Part shown: piece after piece, positions 30,971 through 41,796 of the stretch
Layout of the letters: each line of letters begins with the position of its first letter
Position numbering within the stretch: the stretch's first letter is position 1
Virus record (IMG/VR): IMGVR_UViG_2850711898_000002
DNA from: an uncultured virus (IMG/VR IMGVR_UViG_2850711898_000002)
Lineage: Duplodnaviria > Heunggongvirae > Uroviricota > Caudoviricetes
Direction: 5' to 3' (one strand)
DNA length: 64,000 nucleotides
Made by a program: the position numbers and the translations under genes
Notes under the pieces: model-generated
Databases searched by the model: none
The model's input: only the letters and a program-made list of their open reading frames with translations
What the model was told of the DNA's origin: nothing

Positions 30971-31434
30971 AAAAATTTCATAAATCTGGTTACCAAGAGG
31001 GATAAATTTTCACTATTAAAGTGTAGGGGGAAATTTATCCTTTTTGCTTTTGAGGTAGAAGAGAAAATCTATTCCGTTATTAAGCAAAGAATCCTACATA
31101 GCAGAAAGCTAATTGATCTTTGACAACTGAATAGACCAAGGTGGGACGTTATCCATTTGTGGAGAATTATGACCTACGCCAAGACTTTTCTGCTGATAGA
31201 GTTGGTTTAAATGAATACTGGTAAGTGCCAAGGATAAAAGAAAAAGAGCGATAAATAGGAATACATAAAGGATAGGTGTGGCAATCTATCTCTGTGATGC
31301 GAATGGTGATAATGATACTTCAATAGTTTAAGCCGGCTCGTCTTAATAAGGGGCGGTGGTGAGATTCCAATGTAGCAGCCAATGCACCTACCAATGTCAT
31401 AAAACTTATTACAAATAATAGTGAGGTTAAGACT

Positions 31435-31590
31435 ATGAATAAGAAAAAAGAAGTTAAAAAAGATAAGGATAAGAAGCAAATAGCCGATGATTATTCTAAG
31501 AAAATAACCTACTCTACAAGCGAAAGTGAAAAGCTTGATTTACTGGATATTGTTGAGATGTATCTATGTAAATCCTGTGTCAGAATTTGA
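31435..31590 (+). CDS. 51-aa ICE protein upstream of the recombinases
   Basis: GAGG RBS; MNKKKEVKK...LDLLDIVEMYLCKSCVRI. Confidence 0.55.
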   Translation: MNKKKEVKKDKDKKQIADDYSKKITYSTSESEKLDLLDIVEMYLCKSCVRI

Positions 31591-31688
31591 GGGGCTGACA
31601 AAGAGAAATAGGGTGCGGTAAAATATAGGTGGTAGAAGTGATCTTCCGAAATGACTATTTGCCAAAATATCATTTTAGGAGGATTGTT

Positions 31689-33393
31689 ATGAGAAATACT
31701 GCGTGTATGTATCTTCGTCTTTCAAGAGAAGATGGAGACAGTAACGAAAGCAACTCTATTTTAAATCAAAGACAAATAATCAAATCTTACGCTAAAGAAA
31801 AGAACATAGATCTATCTTATGAATATGTAGATGATGGATATAGTGGTTCTAATTTTGAGCGTCCAAATTTTAAGAATATGATTAATGACCTGAATAAAGG
31901 AAAGTTTTCTATCATTATGGTAAAAGACTTATCTCGTTTTGGCAGAGATTATATCGAGTCAGGAAAGTACTTACAAAAGATATTTCCTGAAAAAGGTATT
32001 CGCTTTATATCTGTAAATGATAACTATGATAGTGATAATGCGGATGTTAGCGATACACATTTAATACTTCCGATTAGAAATTTTATCAATGACAGTTACT
32101 GTCGAGATATTTCTATGAAAGTGAAATCATCAAAAGAAGTGAAAAGGAAGAATGGAGAATTTATTGGTTCATTTGCTCCTTTTGGATACAAGAAAGATGA
32201 TAAGAATAAACATCAGCTTGTAGTTGATAGAAAAGTCGCTCATATTATTGAGCGAATATTTAATATGAAAATAGAGGGTTATTCCTCAAAGGCTATTGCC
32301 GACTTTCTAAACAGTATTGGAACAGTTACACCATCAAAGCATAAGGAAAATAATGGTGATAACTTCAATACTGGTTTTGTTGTGAAAAAAGCAAAGTGGG
32401 ATGCTAAAATGGTAAACCGTATTATTTCAAATAAGGTTTATATTGGTGTCCTAGAACAAGGAAAAACAGCAAAGTTAAATTATAAATCAAAGCATGAAGT
32501 AGATGTTTCAAAAGAAGACTGGATTGCCATAGAAAATGCTCATGAAAGTATAGTCTCAAAATCTATCTTTGCACTTGCAAATAAAATGCTACTTCGTGAT
32601 GTAAAAGGATCTAAGGATAAGCCACAAATCCTATCTGGAATGCTTTACTGCAAAGATTGTGGAAGTCCGATGATTAGGCGAAAGGTAAGAAATACAGTTT
32701 TCTATATTTGCTCCGAGTATAACAATTCAGGTGACTGTTCAAGGCATAGCATCAAAGAAGATTATGTTATAGGTGCAACAATTCACGCACTAAATGACTA
32801 TCTATCTAAGTACAATGAGCTACTTAAGAAAGTTAGCGAAATAGATGTTTCAAAATTTACTGTGAAAGTTGATTTTGAGTCATTATATGCAGAAAAAAGA
32901 AAATATGAAAGACTTAGACAATCTCTTTATATGGATTTAGAAGAAGAGCTTATTACAACTGAAGAATTTGAGCGATTTAGAAGAAGAGCTTATTACAACT
33001 GAAGAATTTGAGCGATTTAGAAAAAATTATCTTATCAAGATTAGAGAAATCGAGAAACAAATTATTACAAAGCAAAATATCGTAGAAGAATTAAAGATGA
33101 AGATAAACGATAAAGGTAGTTTCGTTTCTGAGATAGTTCCTAATCCTGAAAGTGATGAATTAAATCTACTATCTTTAGTCTCTTTTATAGACCGTATTGA
33201 GATTGGAGAGGATAATGCGATTAACTTTGTTTTCAACAATATTGGAACAGCGAATCCGCTTCAAGCGATTGTAGATAGTAATAAGGTTGAAGCAAAGGAC
33301 ACACATAAAGCAAGACTAATATCAATGGGCAAGTTATTTGGTGAGCATTTAGAAAGAACTGAACCTAAGCTTGCAGTTGGAGGTGTTTGTTAA
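31689..33393 (+). pseudogene. Large serine recombinase 1, frameshifted by a 40-bp duplication
   Basis: YLRLSRED, DDGYSG, KDLSRFGR, CKDC Zn ribbon. Confidence 0.88.
32934..33022 (+). repeat. 40-bp tandem duplication bounded by GATTTAGAA
   Basis: GATTTAGAAGAAGAGCTTATTACAACTGAAGAATTTGAGC at 32934 and 32974; GATTTAGAA again at 33014. Confidence 0.95.
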
Positions 33394-35058
33394 TGGCAAG
33401 GACTTCCAAAAGATATATAAGAAAAAGTGAAGAACAAGCACAAAAAATATTTTATAAAGCTGGAATATATACAAGATTATCCAGTGAAAGAAAAGAAGAA
33501 TGGCGTAAGAAATCATCGTCAATTGAAACACAGATACTTTGTTGTAAAGAATATGCTTTAAAGGAAAATATCAAAGTCGTAAATATCTACACAGACTATG
33601 AGTATAGTGGAACAAACTTTGAAAGACCACAGTTTCAAGAGATGATGCAAGATATTCGTGAAAGAAGAATTAATTGTATTATCATAAGGGACTTATCAAG
33701 ACTTGGAAGAGAATATCTTGAGATGGGAAGACTCATAGACAAGGTATTTCTGTTCTTGGGAGTGAGGTTTATTTCTGTTAATGATAAGGTTGATACCGTT
33801 AAGGATTTAAATTCTAAGAAATCATTTGAAAACTCTTAAGAATATCATCAACGATATGTATGCTAAAGATATTTCGGTAAAGATAAAGACAAGTAAGCAC
33901 AATAGGGCAAGAAATGGATATTTTATTGGCTCCGTTCCTCCCTATGGATATAAGGTAGTGAAATTAAAAGAAGGACAGAAATTAGAAATTGATGAGAATA
34001 TTAGGTTCATCGTTGAAGAAATGTTCCGATTGACACTTGAGGGGAAAAGCCAATATGAGGTTGCAAAACACTTTAATACAAAGGGTTATGCGACGGGAAT
34101 GGTCTATTACAAAACAGGTAGAATTTATAGACAAGATGGCGATCCACAGTGGAATAAAGGCACTATTTCCAAAATGCTTACTAACAGAGCTTACACAGGA
34201 ACTTTAGTGCAAGGTGTTAAGCAACAAAATCTTGCAAAAGGAATGAAGCGACAATTTGTAGATGAAAGTCAGCATATTATTTATGAAAATGCTCATGAAC
34301 CAATCATTTCAAAAGAAGACTTTGAAAAAGTGCTGCAAGGGCGAGCAAATAGACTAAAGAACAATGCTTTTGGTGCAAAAATGCATAATTTTAAAAGAGA
34401 TTATGAGAATAGATATAAGGGTTTGATTTTCAATAATGCAACAGGTAAGGAACTTTATCGAAGAACCAGAATTTACGGGACAAACCATGATAGGCTTTAT
34501 TACTCTTTTCAAAACGATACTTGCACAGGCAAGATAGATAACGAAGTAAGAGTATTTATTATGGAAAGAGAGCTTGATAAGGCAATGTCTGAAAAGGTAG
34601 CAGAGTTTATTACTAAGGCTACAAGCAAGGCAAAGCTAATAGAAAGAGTGTCTGCTAGGTTTTTTGAAAGTATAGATAAGCTAAACGAAGATATTTCAAA
34701 GCTTAAAATTAAGACGGAGAAGGAAGAATTCCTAATTCAAAAAGCTTATGAAGAATATAGCTTAGGCAAGATTGATAGGGAAGTATATAGCCTTAAAAGA
34801 GAGATTGCTCTTAGCCATATTGCAACAATCAATAATGAAGTTATTGCTATTGAAAAGGTTGTAAAAGACCTTGAAAGGGATAAGAAAACGTCTATTAAGT
34901 GGATTAAGAACGTATTTTCGGCAAAAAAGGTTGAAAAATTACCATCTGATTTAATTCATAGCTTAGTGGAAAAGATAATTGTCTATGGCAATCATAACTT
35001 TGAAATAATCTTTAAATTTAATATGGACAGTTTGATGGGAGGTGTTAATTTTGAGTAA
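33393..35058 (+). pseudogene. Large serine recombinase 2, frameshifted near 33830
   Basis: YTRLS, RDLSRLGR, then TLKNIINDMYAKDIS in another frame. Confidence 0.85.
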
Positions 35059-35482
35059 AATTGCACTTTATATCAGATTATCTGTGGAAGATCAGATGAA
35101 GAAAGATGAGAGTGAAAGCATCATCAATCAAAGGTATTTCCTGAATGACTTTCTGGATAGAAATGATGAATTTAAAAGCTTCCAAAGAGAAGAATATATT
35201 GATGACGGATATACCGGAACAAATGAGAAAAGACCATCTTTTCAAAGAATGCTTGAGGAAGTTAAGAATGGTAAAATCAATGCCATCATTGTAAAAGACT
35301 TATCGAGGTTTATGAGAGATTATATTTTGCTTGGTGATTATCTGGAGAATATTTTTCCTTTTCTTGGTATTAGGTTCATTGCTATTAATGATGGCTATGA
35401 TAGTGCAAAGGAAAAAGGGAATGGAACAGACCTTGATATTCAGTTTAAAGGTTTGTTATATGACTTCTATACAAAAGATATT
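35051..35482 (+). pseudogene. Large serine recombinase 3, truncated after the catalytic domain
   Basis: YIRLSVED, KDLSRF; ends at LYDFYTKDI. Confidence 0.85.
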
Positions 35483-35491
35483 ATGGGGTAG

Positions 35492-35660
35492 TGACAATAT
35501 TTGCATAAGGAAAAAGAAAAAAATTGGTGGGAAAAAATTGGCTGAAGCCCCTGTTTATGGGGCTTTGGCGTTTTTAGGGGGGAAATTTATGCAAAAATGG
35601 AAAATGGTGGGGATTGGGGGAAAATGGTCGAAAATTGGGTTTTATTTTGCATAAAAATTG
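35492..35660. other. Candidate Mu left end (TG) with three transposase-binding-like motifs
   Basis: TTTGCATAA at 35500 (+), 35587 (inverted) and 35646 (+); TG at 35492. Confidence 0.55.
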
Positions 35661-35828
35661 GCGGTGAATTGTTAGGTTTTAAACATTTTTAAAAATTTAA
35701 AGTTCATTTTAAAGTTAGTTTAAAACGGCTTTAAACTGAATAGGTCATTGAGTTTTGCTACTAAGAATTTACCTTAAATTTCTAACCAGAGACGATAACT
35801 TAGAAGCTAACTTACAAGCTCACTAAAT

Positions 35829-35866
35829 AAAAAAGGCGGTTTCATGGGGCGAAATCGCCTTTTTTT
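35829..35866. terminator. Bidirectional terminator
   Basis: AAAAAAGGCGGTTTC...GAAATCGCCTTTTTTT. Confidence 0.7.
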
Positions 35867-36074
35867 GTTAGTTTTTGGGGCGATTTTGGTGCGTTTAGAT
35901 GAAATCTAGCGGTTTGTTGTGTGTGAGATTATGGGTAGAATTTGCGAAAATGCGCCATTATTTGGTGATATTTGAAAGGAACACAGGCTTCCTTGCCTTT
36001 GTGCTTTAAAATATTAAGAAAGTGCTTGTAATGCGGTTTCTTTGGATGTTACCGACATTGATGTCGGCGACATA

Positions 36075-36779
36075 TTAGAAGTCACGATAGCCACGCACGA
36101 TTTGCCCTATCACAATCAAGTTATTGGCTTGTTCTGCGTTGAGTTCTATTGGTGCGTATTCTGTGTTTTGGCTGATGAGTGTGATGCCGTTGTAGGTAAT
36201 TTGCACTTTCTTCACTAGCATTGCACCTTCATTACTTAATACAAAGATTTTTCCGTCTTTTAATTTCTTTTTCGACCGATCTACAATAATCTCTTCGCCG
36301 TCTTTTAGCGTTGGGTACATACTATCGCCACTTACTAAGAACATCGCACAGTCTTCCGCTTTTAAGCGACGTGAATCGAGCCAAGCCTTTTCTACTTTGG
36401 TGGTTTGATAAGGTTTATATTCATCGTTAAAACCACCGCCACCGGCTGAAATACGTACTTCTCGGCAATCTTCAATCACAGAAAACGTTTCGTCATTACT
36501 TGCTTGTAAATTCGGATCAGGCTTTATCACTTGCGTAATAAATTCAGATCTTTCTTCCTTTTCTCCCGTTAATAAATAATTAGCAGACATATCAAGGACT
36601 CTCGCTAACTCAATAATCTTTGAGGCGTTTGGTTCCCTTTCATTTTGCTCCCACATTTGCAAAGTAGAAACTGTGATACCTAATTCCCTGCAAACATCTG
36701 GTCTTGCCAAACTAAGCTCGTTTCTACGTTCTTTTATACGATCTCCAATTAAAGAGATCTTTTTCAACTTCTCAACCAT
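36075..36779 (-). CDS. CI-like repressor (HTH + S24 peptidase)
   Basis: HTH, SAGGG cleavage site, GDSMYP, LVKK; divergent from ner. Confidence 0.9.
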   Translation of the reverse strand: MVEKLKKISLIGDRIKERRNELSLARPDVCRELGITVSTLQMWEQNEREPNASKIIELARVLDMSANYLLTGEKEERSEFITQVIKPDPNLQASNDETFSVIEDCREVRISAGGGGFNDEYKPYQTTKVEKAWLDSRRLKAEDCAMFLVSGDSMYPTLKDGEEIIVDRSKKKLKDGKIFVLSNEGAMLVKKVQITYNGITLISQNTEYAPIELNAEQANNLIVIGQIVRGYRDF

Positions 36780-36974
36780 AACTTGAAAATTCCTATGTTT
36801 TTTTAATCTCTTTTTCAACTTTAAAACAATCTTAATCAAATCAATAAGATAGTTTAAAAGAGCCTGAAAGAGTGTTTAAATATAAGCAAACAACTTGAAA
36901 AATATTGTTTTCAAGCTGGAAGAGAGTTTAAACAGGTTTATTATTCTTTTCAGATTAACGAAGGAAGTTATCTG

Positions 36975-37238
36975 ATGAGAGCAATAAACGAGGCTAAAAA
37001 ATCCGCTTTAGATTGGCATCGTGAAGATATTAAAGCGGCTTTAGCGAAAAAAGGTTGGTCATTGCGCCAACTATCTTTACAAAACGGCTATTCAAATGCT
37101 GACACATTAAAAAATGCATTAGATAGACCGTGGTTAAAAGGGGAACGTTTGATTGCTGAAGCAATTGGCGTTCCACCAGAAGAAATTTGGGCTAGTCGTT
37201 ATGCACAACGAAACCATAAAAAATATGCAAATAGATAG
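36975..37238 (+). CDS. ner: Ner-like DNA-binding protein
   Basis: DWHREDIKAAL, ALDRPWLKGE, PEEIWASRY. Confidence 0.9.
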   Translation: MRAINEAKKSALDWHREDIKAALAKKGWSLRQLSLQNGYSNADTLKNALDRPWLKGERLIAEAIGVPPEEIWASRYAQRNHKKYANR

Positions 37239-37251
37239 TTTTGAGATTCTT

Positions 37252-39227
37252 ATGAGCGAAAACAACTTGAAAACACACTATTCAGCAATTGAATTATTAA
37301 GTTTTAGTTTAGCTTGTTTACCTAATTCAGTGCAAGGAATTAATTATCAAGCAAGAAAAAATAACTGGCAAAGTAGAAAAAGAGTTGGGAAAGGTGGTGG
37401 AAAAGAATATGCCTTGGCATCTTTACCGCAAGAAATTCAAACTGATATTCGCACTAAATTTGCAGTTTCTATCGTGAAAGCCAAACCCAAATCCCTCCCC
37501 GCCGATCTCCGTCAGGTGGAATTAAAAACTTTAACGGAAAAACAACGTGAAGTAGCAGGGGCAAGAATGGCGTTAGTTGCCCAAGTGGCACAGCTTGAAC
37601 AAGCCCAACCTCGTTACAAGGCGATTAAGTTTTTTTGTGAACAAATCAAGCGTGGTGGCATTTCTTCTGATTTGATGAGATTGGTGGAAACCGCCAATAA
37701 CAAGAAAGGAAAAAATCGCACTTTATCTGACCGCACTTTGAATCAATGGGTGTTGGATTATGAAAAGGCAGATACCCCTGAAGAACGATTAAAAGCCCTC
37801 GCCCCAATGCAACGGGAGGCGAAAAAGGCTGAAGAAATTGTGTGGCTGCCTGACTTTTTGGCGATATATCGCCAAACCAATGGCATCAATGTGGCAGAAG
37901 CCTATCACTATTTTTCAGCTGAATGGGATGCACGTTTTGCAGACGAGCCGTTACGTTTAGAGATGAAACCGAGTATTGACCAAGTCCGCGCTGCATTAGC
38001 GAAATTGCCAAAACACATTAAGGAAATTGGTCGTAAGACGGGTTCTGAACTTCGCGCCCTTAACACTTATGTGAAACGCGATTGGAGCGTGTTACAGGTA
38101 AATGATGTGTGGGTGATGGCCATGCGATGAAATTGAAAGTCGCCCATCCTGAACACGGTCGCCCATTTATTCCTGAAGTAACGTTGATTATGGATGCCGC
38201 GTGCCGTTTTATTGTGGGTTGGTCGGCAAGTTTGGCGGAAAACGTTCTCGCAGTGGCAGATGCCTTGCGTTATGGCGTGGAACGCTACGGCATACCTGCA
38301 ATTTATTACTCCGATAACGGTGGTGGCGAGAAAAACTGGATGCTTGATGGTGATATTACGGGGATGTTGCCACGTTTGGGGATTAATCACCAAACAGGGA
38401 TTCCAGGCAATCCACAAGGCCGTGGGATTATTGAGCGGGTGCATCAAACGATTTTATACAAAATCGGTCGCCAGTTTGAGACTTACCACGGCACAGGGGC
38501 GGATAAAGACAGGGTGCGACAAGTCAGCACAGCAGTGATTTCACTGGATAAAGCAAAACGTAAAGGTGCGACACAGCTAACGCCAAAACAACAATGGGCA
38601 GTGGGTAAATTGCCAAGCTGGAATCAGTTTTTAGATGCGGTTCAAGCTGGGGTTGATTGGTACAACAACGAGCATGTGCATAGTGAAATTGGTATGACAC
38701 CTGTACAAAAACGCCGTCAGTTGATGGAAAAAATGAACCCTGATGATTTGGTCTTTGTTACGCCAGTGGAAGCAAGGGATTTATTCCGCCCAAGTACATT
38801 ACGTGTGGCACAACGTGGTTGGTTACAACTTTTCAATAATTATTACTTTAGTGCGAAATTGCTCGATGTTGATGGGCAAAAGGTGCAAGTGATGTTTGAT
38901 ATTCACGATCCAAGCCAAGTGATTGTGAGAAAGCAAGACGGCACTTTTGTGTGTTATGCCGAATTAGATGGCAATAAACGTGATGCCTTCCCAATGCCGT
39001 ATGTTGAGAAAACACGCCAAGAGCGTCATGCACGCCGAGCGAAATTGAAACAAGAACAGCTTGATGAGATTAATGCGGAACTTAACCCGATTATTACGAT
39101 TGAGCATCAGCAAGGTTTTGAATTGTTACGCACAAAACCGAAAGCCAAACAGGAAGTTACCCCAATTTTCTTAACCAAAGCGGACAAAGAAGCGTGGGAA
39201 CAAAGAAAAAAGTTAGTGAATGAGTAA
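37252..39227 (+). pseudogene. Mu transposase A, frameshifted near 38110
   Basis: Mu DNA-binding N-terminus; DDE core (DGH, YSDNG, GIIER); NDVWV and GDGH lie in different frames. Confidence 0.88.
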
Positions 39228-39238
39228 GGAGAGCAGCA

Positions 39239-40120
39239 ATGAAAGCACAAGAATTAAAAGCGTTTATGGATGCGCACAAGATGAGCCAAAAACAAGTGGC
39301 AACCTTGTTTGATGTGTCCATTACAACAGTGAGCCAATATTTAAACGGTAAATACCCGACTGATACCAAGTGGCTCGATGAAAAAGTGGATGAGTTGTTA
39401 GCACGCCATAAGGCGAAAGTGGTTGAAGCGAAATACAACAATGCATTTGTTCCCACTCAAACAGCAAAGCGCGGTATGGAAATTATGCACTTTGCCCACG
39501 CAGAGGGCGAAATTAATGTGATTTACGGTGCGGCAGGCTTAGGCAAGACGCAGATGCTAAAACAATATGCGAAAGAACATAGTTCAGCCATTTTAATTGA
39601 GGTTGATCCAAGCTGCACACCGAAAGTGTTACTACGCAAGATTGCAGAAAATGTTGGTTCAACCAGCCGAGGGGTAAACAACGATGTACTTTCAGGAATT
39701 GTGGAAAAAGTAAATGGTGCGGAACGTTTGTTAATGATTGATGAAACCGAGTTACTTTCTACCCGCTCTTTAGAATTTATCCGACGCATTCACGATTTAA
39801 CGAATTGTGGCGTGATTTTAGCGGGTATGCCTCGCTTGTTGGTGAATTTAAAAGGGAAAAATAACGAACTAGCACAGCTTTATAGTCGAGTGGGATTTGC
39901 TTGTGACCTTGGTAATGCCCTACCTGATGACGATTTAGCCATGTTAGCGGAAAGTGCACTTAATACAAGTGAATTTAATGCCCCTTTATTGAAGGCCTGT
40001 AAAGGCAACGCACGCCGATTAAGTAAGTTAATGCGAGGTGTTGTGCGTTCGGCAGAGATTAACGAAACCGAAATTAGCGCAGAGATGATTGAACAATACA
40101 GCAAAATGTTAATTAGTTAA
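39239..40120 (+). CDS. MuB-like AAA transposition ATPase
   Basis: HTH, GAAGLGKT, LMIDE, LYSRV. Confidence 0.9.
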   Translation: MKAQELKAFMDAHKMSQKQVATLFDVSITTVSQYLNGKYPTDTKWLDEKVDELLARHKAKVVEAKYNNAFVPTQTAKRGMEIMHFAHAEGEINVIYGAAGLGKTQMLKQYAKEHSSAILIEVDPSCTPKVLLRKIAENVGSTSRGVNNDVLSGIVEKVNGAERLLMIDETELLSTRSLEFIRRIHDLTNCGVILAGMPRLLVNLKGKNNELAQLYSRVGFACDLGNALPDDDLAMLAESALNTSEFNAPLLKACKGNARRLSKLMRGVVRSAEINETEISAEMIEQYSKMLIS

Positions 40121-40124
40121 GGAG

Positions 40125-40427
40125 ATGACCATGTTACAAGCAAGAAAAAACAAACAATTAAACAAAAACAATGCCGTGATGTTGGCTTATTTAGAACAAG
40201 TAGAAAAAGCCGTGAGACGCTTAAATGAAATGGGGCTTACGGTGATTAATGTGCACTTTGAGAAGATAAGACCGACTGTGCGTGTGATGAATAATGCGGT
40301 AACAGAACAGTTAGAGAAAGACCAACGAGCTTATGTGTATCACGTGGGGCGTGATGTGGGTCGATACCAAGAAGCGCAATTTACGGTGGAAGGTATCCGA
40401 GTGGTTTGGCGAAAATATTTGAACTAG
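40125..40427 (+). CDS. Phage early hypothetical protein
   Basis: AAGGAG RBS; operon position. Confidence 0.7.
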   Translation: MTMLQARKNKQLNKNNAVMLAYLEQVEKAVRRLNEMGLTVINVHFEKIRPTVRVMNNAVTEQLEKDQRAYVYHVGRDVGRYQEAQFTVEGIRVVWRKYLN

Positions 40428-40435
40428 GAGGAGGA

Positions 40436-40627
40436 ATGGCAACGCGTCGGCAAATTTATGCGGTCTATCGTGGCGAAGAGAATTTGGGTGACGGGACTGC
40501 GGAAGAATTAGCAAAGAAACTCAATGTGAGCGAAAAAACGATTTACAGCTCGGCAACAGTCGCCCGATGTAAACGTGATAAAGGTAAGCGACTTGTGGTG
40601 ATTAAGTTAGATAAAGAGGAACTCTAA
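40436..40627 (+). CDS. Small HTH-like phage protein
   Basis: GGAGG RBS; YAVYRGEE..GTAEELAKKL. Confidence 0.65.
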   Translation: MATRRQIYAVYRGEENLGDGTAEELAKKLNVSEKTIYSSATVARCKRDKGKRLVVIKLDKEEL

Positions 40628-41245
40628 ATGAAGGTGATGATTGAGGGGAAAGAATACTGGCGTGATGCAAGAGGAAATTTAACGCCAGCTGAATTGGTGA
40701 AAGACATCGACAAAGCACGTGATGTGCTTGTGCGTGAATGGGTGGAAAAAGGCGTGTCCTTAAATAAGGAGATGCGCAATTTTAAAGATGGCATTTTCGG
40801 CGATATTCAGGCGTTTATTGAACTTTCGGCTGAAAAATACAATGCAAAAGTGGGCAGTAGTAAAGGCAATATCACGCTTTATAGCTACGACGGCAAATAC
40901 AAAATCCAACGTGCGATTAATGACCATTTGCAATTTGATGAACGTATCCAGGCTGCAAAAGTGTTGATAGATGAGTGCTTGAATGAATGGAGTGAAGGCT
41001 CTCGCCCTGAATTAAAAGCGTTAATTGAACGTGCGTTTAATGTGGACAAGGAAGGAAATCTCAACACTTCACGGATTTTGGGATTACGTCGTGTTGATAT
41101 TCAAGATCCACGCTGGCAAAACGCGATGCAGGCAATTAGCGAAAGCGTGCAAGTGGTGAGTAGTAAGGCTTATGTGCGACTTTATGAGCGTGTAGGCGAA
41201 AGCGATCAGTATGTGCCGATTGTGTTAGATGTAGCGGGGGCGTAG
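40628..41245 (+). CDS. DUF3164-like Mu early protein
   Basis: YWRDARG, KGNITLYSYDG, FDERIQAAK. Confidence 0.8.
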   Translation: MKVMIEGKEYWRDARGNLTPAELVKDIDKARDVLVREWVEKGVSLNKEMRNFKDGIFGDIQAFIELSAEKYNAKVGSSKGNITLYSYDGKYKIQRAINDHLQFDERIQAAKVLIDECLNEWSEGSRPELKALIERAFNVDKEGNLNTSRILGLRRVDIQDPRWQNAMQAISESVQVVSSKAYVRLYERVGESDQYVPIVLDVAGA

Positions 41246-41326
41246 ATGAGTGAGTCTGGCATCGTTGTAATTTGTCTTTTTGCACTATATGCGTGGTTAG
41301 CATATTTGATGTTTAAGAATTTATAA
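41246..41326 (+). CDS. 26-aa hydrophobic peptide
   Basis: MSESGIVVICLFALYAWLAYLMFKNL starts right after the upstream stop. Confidence 0.45.
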   Translation: MSESGIVVICLFALYAWLAYLMFKNL

Positions 41327-41328
41327 AA

Positions 41329-41407
41329 CTTATTTAAATGCCCTTTAAATCTCCCCTAACTCCTCTTTACAAAAGAGGGGGATGGGATGAGGGGCATTCA
41401 TAATAGG
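41329..41407. repeat. Intergenic nested hairpin, copy 1
   Basis: AAATCTCCCCT..CCTCTTTACAAAAGAGGGGGA inside an outer stem. Confidence 0.75.
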
Positions 41408-41429
41408 TTTTAACAACAAAGGAGCAAAA

Positions 41430-41639
41430 ATGAAAAAACTGGAAAATTACCGAGATTTTAGCCAACACGCTGCTGAAATGGAACGTACTGGCGCATGGAA
41501 ACAAGCAGAAAGTGCTTGGGAAAAAGCAGCAACGGTGGCTCGTCGTCGAGAAAATCAAGAATGGGCGGAAAATCGTCGTTTATTTTGCGCACATTATGTG
41601 CGTTATCCAGCGAGAAGACCGGAGGTCAATCATGGCTAA
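41430..41639 (+). CDS. ANR-family small regulator-like protein
   Basis: AAEMER.G.WKQA..AW..A....N..WA..R..FC. Confidence 0.65.
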   Translation: MKKLENYRDFSQHAAEMERTGAWKQAESAWEKAATVARRRENQEWAENRRLFCAHYVRYPARRPEVNHG

Positions 41640-41796
41640 GTTTGTGGCGCGCTTTTATTGTTTGGTTGAAGCAGTTGTGGAAGCTGAAAGCAATGAGCAA
41701 GTGTTGGAATTGTGTGATTTGAATGTGTGTGATGTGAATAAACTACCGCATACGATTACGGAAATTGATGATGTGGTTGAGATGGAGGAAGTATGA
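41632..41796 (+). CDS. Hypothetical protein
   Basis: GGAGG RBS; overlapping operon genes. Confidence 0.6.
   Translation: MAKFVARFYCLVEAVVEAESNEQVLELCDLNVCDVNKLPHTITEIDDVVEMEEV

Larger units (their letters stand above)
13486..35482. mobile_element. Firmicutes Tn1549-like ICE fragment carrying a defence island
   Basis: AT-rich, GGAGG RBSs, no USS seen; helicase end, relaxase/MobC, sigma-like regulator, serine recombinase triplet. Confidence 0.85.

Noticed and set aside
35331..35654. 107-aa ORF
   Set aside because: Spans the ICE/Mu junction, overlaps the recombinase and the end motifs, and has low-complexity translation
35796..35819. 12-bp direct repeat TAACTTA(G/C)AAGC x2
   Set aside because: Only two copies and no supporting context
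36046..36073. Palindrome ATGTTACCGACAT-TG-ATGTCGGCGACAT after the repressor stop
   Set aside because: Single copy in the window; cannot distinguish a terminator-like hairpin from a REP-like insert
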